From Candidatus Sumerlaeaceae bacterium (GTDB lineage Bacteria > Sumerlaeota > Sumerlaeia > Sumerlaeales > Sumerlaeaceae), in assembly GCA_051003195.1 (NCBI GenBank), contig JBPCLP010000003.1, forward strand, positions 1-64,000: a stretch of DNA of 64,000 bases, read 5' to 3'. Positions 58,987 through 64,000 of the stretch are shown here, in pieces. The stretch's first letter is position 1, and each line of letters begins with the position of its first letter. The notes beneath the pieces were generated by a model. The model had not been told where the DNA came from and ran no database searches. It was given only the letters and a program-made list of their open reading frames with translations. A program made the position numbers and the translations under genes.

Positions 58987-60362
58987 TGCTCGATTCCCCC
59001 CGGTTCCTGCGCAATCACCGGCAGCAGGTCACCCAGGTCCGTCTTCTGGTCCAGGCTCCAGCACGCGTCGATGAACTTCTGCTGCTCCGCCGCACTCAGT
59101 AATCCCTCTGCGAGCATGCGAAACTTGCCCTCGATCTGCCGGTCCGTCATCGCGTTCTTCGGATGCCCAAGCGGATACGCGCTTTCCGCCTCCAGCACGC
59201 TTCCGTCGTTCATCTTCACCGCCACGTGGTTCGCGAATTTATCGCCATACGCCGCGGTGAAATCCTTGTCCTCGACCACCTTCACGCGCTTCAGGAATTC
59301 CAGCAGCGCCGGGTCGCGATATGTCGAGCGGTAAAAACTTCGCTCATCGATGTTGCCGTCGCGCAACGCTACCGCCGTGATGTACGGCAGGCTGTGGTCC
59401 GCGGTCTCTTTGCTCGTCGGGTCCCACTTCTCCGCCTGGCTGCCAATGATCTCATAGCTCGCCTTGTGCGTGCGAATCACAATCTCAGAGATGTTGAGCC
59501 AGTCGAGTTTATGCGCGTGAATCTTTATGGCGGCTTCCACCGCCGACTGCGCGTGGTATTCGACCGGGTATGGTTTGATATACGTGTCGAGTATCTTGGT
59601 CGGCGAATCGCCGTTCTTCGGCAACTGCAGGTCGAATGGGCCGGTGAACACCGCCTCGCAGCCCTTTGCGCCTTCGAAAATCGGGTTCGGTCCAGTCATG
59701 CCATCCATCGCCGCGCGCAACGCGAACAATCCGTTTCGTGCAGCGTTCGCAAAAGCAGCAGCCTTCCAGTTCGCCATTTCGCCTTCACGCGTCTGTCGCG
59801 ATGCAAAGTTGCAAACTCCCGCAATCCCGAGCGCGTGCACCAGCACATCTTCCGTCGGCTGCAGCATGCACCCCGCGCCCGCGGTCGTCGAGAACGCTCC
59901 GTACACCACGTGGTCGATACCCTTTGCGCGCAGGCTGTTCGCGTCGCACAGCCGGCACTGAATCTCGTAAGCCACCGCTATGCCGCGCAGCAGTGCCTCA
60001 CCGCCGAGACCATACACCTGCGCAACCGCAAGCAGGGGAGCGATGTTGTCACTGGGGTGCGCCGGCTCCTTCGCCAGGTAGGTATCGTTAAAATCCAGCG
60101 TGCGGACCAGCGCCCCATTGCAGAACCCCGCATACTCCAGCAGCGACCGCACCGGCCGGCCAAACACCTGGGCTCCATTGCCACTGGCCGGCAGCGCCGA
60201 TGTGCCCAGGCGCAGCAGCGCGGGTGCCACGGGCGTGCGCCATGCGCCAATCGCGCATGCGAACGAATCCAGCAGGCGCCGCTTACCCTCGTGCGCGACG
60301 TCCGGCGAGATCGTCTTTACCGATACTGCATACTCCGCAATCCGTTGAGCTTTGTGCGTCAC
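58983..60362 (-). CDS. prpD: 2-methylcitrate dehydratase (MmgE/PrpD family)
   Basis: RTLDFNDTYLAKEPAHPSDNI, GIDHV, KETADHSLPY, YPLGHP. Confidence 0.92.
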   Translation of the reverse strand: MTHKAQRIAEYAVSVKTISPDVAHEGKRRLLDSFACAIGAWRTPVAPALLRLGTSALPASGNGAQVFGRPVRSLLEYAGFCNGALVRTLDFNDTYLAKEPAHPSDNIAPLLAVAQVYGLGGEALLRGIAVAYEIQCRLCDANSLRAKGIDHVVYGAFSTTAGAGCMLQPTEDVLVHALGIAGVCNFASRQTREGEMANWKAAAFANAARNGLFALRAAMDGMTGPNPIFEGAKGCEAVFTGPFDLQLPKNGDSPTKILDTYIKPYPVEYHAQSAVEAAIKIHAHKLDWLNISEIVIRTHKASYEIIGSQAEKWDPTSKETADHSLPYITAVALRDGNIDERSFYRSTYRDPALLEFLKRVKVVEDKDFTAAYGDKFANHVAVKMNDGSVLEAESAYPLGHPKNAMTDRQIEGKFRMLAEGLLSAAEQQKFIDACWSLDQKTDLGDLLPVIAQEPGGIEQ

Positions 60363-60454
60363 ATCAAGTCCTTCATTTTAGTTAACCCGTCACGTTGAGT
60401 TGCCCGGCGCAGCCGATTGCAACAGGAGACATTTGTTCTTTTGAGGCCACAATT

Positions 60455-60862
60455 TCACTGACGAGGTGCGACGAGCTTCACGCTCGGGAAGTACGTGCGG
60501 TAGCGCCCTGGGTCGCGTGTCAGAACCGTATGGCCTTCAGCCTCGGCATGGGCACCGATGAAGAAGTCCGGCAGTGGCGAAGTACGCGAACCACCGGCCT
60601 TTCGATAGTCTGCAAATGCGCGCGCAGCAGGAAAGGCAGCTGCGTAAGGCAGCGTGAGGCGTTTGAAATCCATCGGTGGCAGCAAATTCAGATCGAGATC
60701 ACGTTCGTCCCGGTAACAAGGCGCCAGTTCTGCATAAATTACCGGGTTGATTGCGGCCTGCCGTGCGTTTATGATGGATGCAAGTTGAGAACTGGACCAG
60801 GCAAACCATCGCGAATCGCGTGTGGCGATATCAAGAAGCACGTTACTATCCACCAGCACCAT
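60455..60862 (-). CDS. vapC: PIN domain toxin
   Basis: LVDSNVLLD, VIYAEL, PLPDFFIGAHA, LTRD..RYRTYFP. Confidence 0.93.
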   Translation of the reverse strand: MVLVDSNVLLDIATRDSRWFAWSSSQLASIINARQAAINPVIYAELAPCYRDERDLDLNLLPPMDFKRLTLPYAAAFPAARAFADYRKAGGSRTSPLPDFFIGAHAEAEGHTVLTRDPGRYRTYFPSVKLVAPRQ

Positions 60863-60865
60863 GCA

Positions 60866-61105
60866 TCAATCCTCACCGCGAGTCATTGCCATGATCTCGT
60901 CAGTGGTTAACTTGGTGCGCGCAGAACCGGCGGCCTTCTGCAGCCAGGTATCGAATGCAGTGGCGGCCGGCATGCCGCGCTGGCGGGGCCTCACTACAAG
61001 TGCATCGTCCTGGGCCACGAACTCCACGTCAGTACCAGGTTGAAGCCCAAACCGTTCCCGCAGTGCCTGTGGAACTGTAATCTGACCTTTGATTGTCACT
61101 TTCAT
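60866..61105 (-). CDS. AbrB/MazE/SpoVT family antitoxin
   Basis: MKVTIKGQITVPQALRERFGLQPGTDVEF. Confidence 0.92.
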   Translation of the reverse strand: MKVTIKGQITVPQALRERFGLQPGTDVEFVAQDDALVVRPRQRGMPAATAFDTWLQKAAGSARTKLTTDEIMAMTRGED

Positions 61106-61110
61106 AGCCA

Positions 61111-61141
61111 AGTATTACCGTGCCCGGTAATACCATGTCAA
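61111..61141 (-). promoter_or_regulatory. Promoter and palindromic operator of the vapBC pair
   Basis: TTGACA at 61141-61136; perfect 9-bp inverted repeat gtattaccg-tgcc-cggtaatac overlapping a TAATACT -10-like element. Confidence 0.7.
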
Positions 61142-61154
61142 ACCAGGTTCATTC

Positions 61155-61676
61155 GTGGTAGAGCAGGCTTCCAGCCTGCTGCGAGAAGATGACTCAATCA
61201 GTTCTGGAAGCGCGGGCAAAGGACTGGGCCTTGCGCTCCCCAAAGCGGCGGCAAGCCGCGCGCACTCCAAAGACCAGCTCCGAGCCGCCTTAATCAAAGC
61301 TAATCAAAGCGAATCAAAACTAATCAAACATTGGCGTACCTCATTGGTATTTCGCGATTTAAATCAAACAGGCCGATGGAGGGTATTTCGCCCTTTGATT
61401 TCCGTAATGTTCGGATCATGTGGCCGCGCGCGCTCCAAAGATCGGAGGTAAGGGCGGCGGTTGCGTTGCCAGGGGTCATCATAATGTCTCCTTTCTGCTT
61501 TCAAGTTCAAGTTGGTAATTTCGCCACTTGAATAGCGGTAATGTTTCTGTAAGGTTTCACTCCTGTTGGAGTTTGTCTGCTTCCGCTCGTGGTGTCTTCT
61601 GGCGGAGTTGGGCCGGGCTGTTGGCTTCGGTAATTTGCTGGAACCCGTCAACCGCAGGCGAGACGCCTGCGCCACG
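61155..61676. repeat. Cluster of REP-like palindromes and a 10-bp tandem repeat
   Basis: gtagagcaggcttccagcctgct (61158), caaagcggcggcaagccgcgcgcactccaaa (61241), about 4 taatcaaagc-type units (61291-61329), gcaggcgagacgcctgcgccac (61654). Confidence 0.7.
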
Positions 61677-61943
61677 AGGGTCGGCAGCGAGTGCGGCGTC
61701 GATCGCTCTGGTTTTGGGGTCGGGGAATTGCGTTTGTTTTATCATTATGACGACCTGTGTAGCACAGGCTTTTCGACAATGGTATTCCCACACGACGTCT
61801 TAGAAACCCTTCGGGCATCATAAAGTGTATGGGTTTCAACTACAGTGTACGAACCGGAGACATAGGCAACAGATCGTCCACACTGATCGGGAGTTGACCC
61901 CAAATCTTCCCACCCAAAATCTTCTCCAAATCTTAAAACCGCT

Positions 61944-63032
61944 CTACCGGTACAGCTCCCAATTGCTGGCCTCGGTAGGCTGATAGACAGTAAACTCCGA
62001 GACGAAATCCCCACCAGCCGAGCCATCCCCAGATGGGAAACTGCCGCTGTACTCGCCATCCAGGAAAGTCTGATCGGTCCCGAGCACCAGCACTGGCCTC
62101 AGTGGTTCAGCATCCGTTAACTGATCTCCACCTTCTGATACCAGGTTTGAGATGTCTTCAGATCTCAGGTAAGTCCACTCGTGCTCATGTATGCATCCCG
62201 AGTAGCAATCACCCCATCTGTAGCGCCAGGTATAACTTCGACCATTGCTGAGTGTTTCCGTCGTAATCGTTGAGCTGCCGCCCACGTAGAAGTTGGCCTC
62301 CGCCAGAGCGACCCCCTCCGCCTGCCCGTATATCGAAGCTAGCAGAGCCGAATTATACAGGTACGTAAAATTCAGTCGCAACATCTGCTGTCCTTGATAT
62401 TGCCCGATAGAATTGTAAGATACCGGGCCATATTCAGTATCCAGGAGTGCCAGGCCCGTATACTGGTTCGTGTTATATTGCTGTGTCGCAGTTGTGGTCA
62501 GAATGATGAACATACTGCTTGGAACCGTGCGCGGACGATATCCGATAGCGGTGAGTCGCGGATCGACCTGGCGCATTGCGGCGAGGTCATTGCTAATTTG
62601 CTCCGCGAGTTCAGAAGGCGGCCTCAGAGTGTCTGAAGTTTCCATCGCCATCAGGGCGGCATCATAGTCGTTCATTTCTTCCATCGAACTCTTCAACCGC
62701 AGTCGGTAGGCGCCAACAGTCGTCGTGCTGTTTGACATCGATAGCGTCATGATTTTAAGATTCGGGCTAAAGCTCGGCTGAATTGCGATTTCTTCGATAG
62801 TCTGGTTGGGACGCACCCGGCCCAGCGAAATGGAGCTAAAATAAAGGCTGGTCGTCAGCACTGGATCAGTGAACGTTACCTGCACCTGGCCAGGCTTCGA
62901 TGTCAACGCTGCACCAGGCGCAGGGGTAACTGATTGCACCCGAACGGCGAGCCCAACCATCGGCACGCTCATGATTACGCATACTAAAGATAACGTAAGA
63001 TGCCAGCCTGTTCCCTTCAACCCGCGGTGCAT
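61944..63032 (-). CDS. Secreted protein with Ig-like domain, tail TEASNWELYR
   Basis: Signal peptide; VQSVTPAPGA..VQVTFTDPV; LDGEYSGSFPSGDGSAGGDF; internal WGDCYSGC domain. Confidence 0.82.
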   Translation of the reverse strand: MHRGLKGTGWHLTLSLVCVIMSVPMVGLAVRVQSVTPAPGAALTSKPGQVQVTFTDPVLTTSLYFSSISLGRVRPNQTIEEIAIQPSFSPNLKIMTLSMSNSTTTVGAYRLRLKSSMEEMNDYDAALMAMETSDTLRPPSELAEQISNDLAAMRQVDPRLTAIGYRPRTVPSSMFIILTTTATQQYNTNQYTGLALLDTEYGPVSYNSIGQYQGQQMLRLNFTYLYNSALLASIYGQAEGVALAEANFYVGGSSTITTETLSNGRSYTWRYRWGDCYSGCIHEHEWTYLRSEDISNLVSEGGDQLTDAEPLRPVLVLGTDQTFLDGEYSGSFPSGDGSAGGDFVSEFTVYQPTEASNWELYR

Positions 63033-63075
63033 TCTCGACCGTTAGCTTATATTTGAACGTATTGTCAAAGCTGAA

Positions 63076-63175
63076 CTAGTGTGCCGTTCCAGAAGTTCAT
63101 AACTATATTTCAGTAAGCTTTTGAGCTCGGACGGCACACAAAACCAGTGAACGAATTCATGGGACATCACACTAG
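63076..63175. mobile_element. MITE-like element, copy 3, bounded by CTAG on both sides
   Basis: ctagtgtgccgttccagaagttcat ... acgaattcatgggacatcacactag imperfect terminal inverted repeats; internal ggcacacaaaacc matches the other copies. Confidence 0.7.
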
Positions 63176-63279
63176 CATTCGATTTCGTCTGGCCAACCGC
63201 GTGATGTGATACAGCTCACCCGTCACAACACTCTTGCAAATCGCGGCATGAGGAATTCCGCTAGCGTTCAACGCGCTCA

Positions 63280-63774
63280 ATGCAAAAAGAAAAATTACAC
63301 GTCCCTAATTTTCACGCTGACGAGCAGTATGATATGGAAGCATTTGGCACGGTAAAGACAGGCTCCCAGTCCGGTGCGCATCTGACTACGAAAGAGTGGG
63401 ATGCTGATGCCACGCTGTACTACTTCAGCGCGAGGTGGTATGCTGCGCCAATAGGCAGGTTGTTGCAGCTTCCGCCTTATCCCCCTTGGGAAGAACAGCC
63501 GTATACGTATGCTGGAAATCTACCTACTTGGAATGTTGATCCGACTGGTGAATTCCTAACGGGCTGCACTCCTCGACCAACTCCAACTCCAGGTCCAACA
63601 CCACCTCCTTGTCTTACCCCCGCTGCTGCCCGAAGTACTGGACATTCAATTGGCCACGGCGCAGGTGTTTGTGCAGGAGTAACTGGTTCTGCAAAAAGTA
63701 TCTGTTGTAGCCGCATGTGCAGAACAAGCGTTACACCGCCCTGCATCCCGAATTGCGTTGCCGCATGCCGCTAG
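63280..63774 (+). CDS. Orphan RHS repeat-associated core fragment with Cys-rich C-terminal tip
   Basis: YDMEAFG, LTTKEWDADATLYYFSARWY..GR, PYTYAGNLPTWNVDPTGE, then 74 aa with 9 Cys. Confidence 0.85.
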   Translation: MQKEKLHVPNFHADEQYDMEAFGTVKTGSQSGAHLTTKEWDADATLYYFSARWYAAPIGRLLQLPPYPPWEEQPYTYAGNLPTWNVDPTGEFLTGCTPRPTPTPGPTPPPCLTPAAARSTGHSIGHGAGVCAGVTGSAKSICCSRMCRTSVTPPCIPNCVAACR

Positions 63775-63783
63775 ATTAGAAGA

Positions 63784-64000
63784 ATGAAATTAAGGCAATG
63801 TATTCGCCATCTTGTCACCTGTGCACTTGTCTGCAATACTGTTTGTGCGCAGTCCCAGTGGACGCACTTAATGTTAAAAGCCAATGTTCAAGCTCTGGGA
63901 TATAGCGACCCGGCACAGACCCTAATTTGTTTTACATCACCTGAGTATTCCCATTTTGCCTTCTACGGTGATGTGCGCGTAAGGAACGGGCGCATCCATA
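63784..64000 (+). CDS. Putative exported partner/immunity protein (runs off window)
   Basis: ATG 9 nt after the Rhs stop; MKLRQCIRHLVTCALVCNTVCAQ signal-like; open to window end. Confidence 0.55.
   Translation, partial: MKLRQCIRHLVTCALVCNTVCAQSQWTHLMLKANVQALGYSDPAQTLICFTSPEYSHFAFYGDVRVRNGRIH

Overview
Bacterial chromosomal window of moderately high GC with several lower-GC patches. Lineage is inferred as Candidatus Sumerlaeota (BRC1) or a relative, from the 'AFTLIELLIVVAIIAVLAAIAVPNFLEAQTRAK' pilin-like gene and secreted proteins ending in WxxY(E/R). The core consists of tRNA-Glu(CTC), tRNA-Arg(CCT), deoB-rsmG-GT4, two tandem paralogous Ig-repeat surface proteins (748 and 2591 aa), several carbohydrate-active enzymes (two GH38-like, a beta-propeller hydrolase, SGNH and alpha/beta hydrolases), an HddA-like kinase, a four-gene ABC-2 exporter, a sugar ABC importer operon with amidase-like, DegT aminotransferase and Gfo/Idh/MocA genes, and a 2-methylcitrate operon (prpD-prpB...prpC). 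Many small accessory cassettes are interspersed: HicBA between tRNA-Glu and a degenerate tRNA copy, MNT-HEPN, VapBC, BrnA and a second putative antitoxin with truncated partners inside the prp operon, a GxxExxY pseudogene flanked by inverted octamer repeats, three copies of a MITE-like element, REP-like palindromes and an orphan Rhs core with a Cys-rich tip. The most interesting signal is a pair of short, apparently interchangeable C-terminal tails (WxxY[E/R] and VPVxLSxFxxE) on secreted proteins, a candidate uncharacterised sorting system. No CRISPR array, rRNA, integrase or transposase was seen. All family assignments are from recalled motifs, with no database search.
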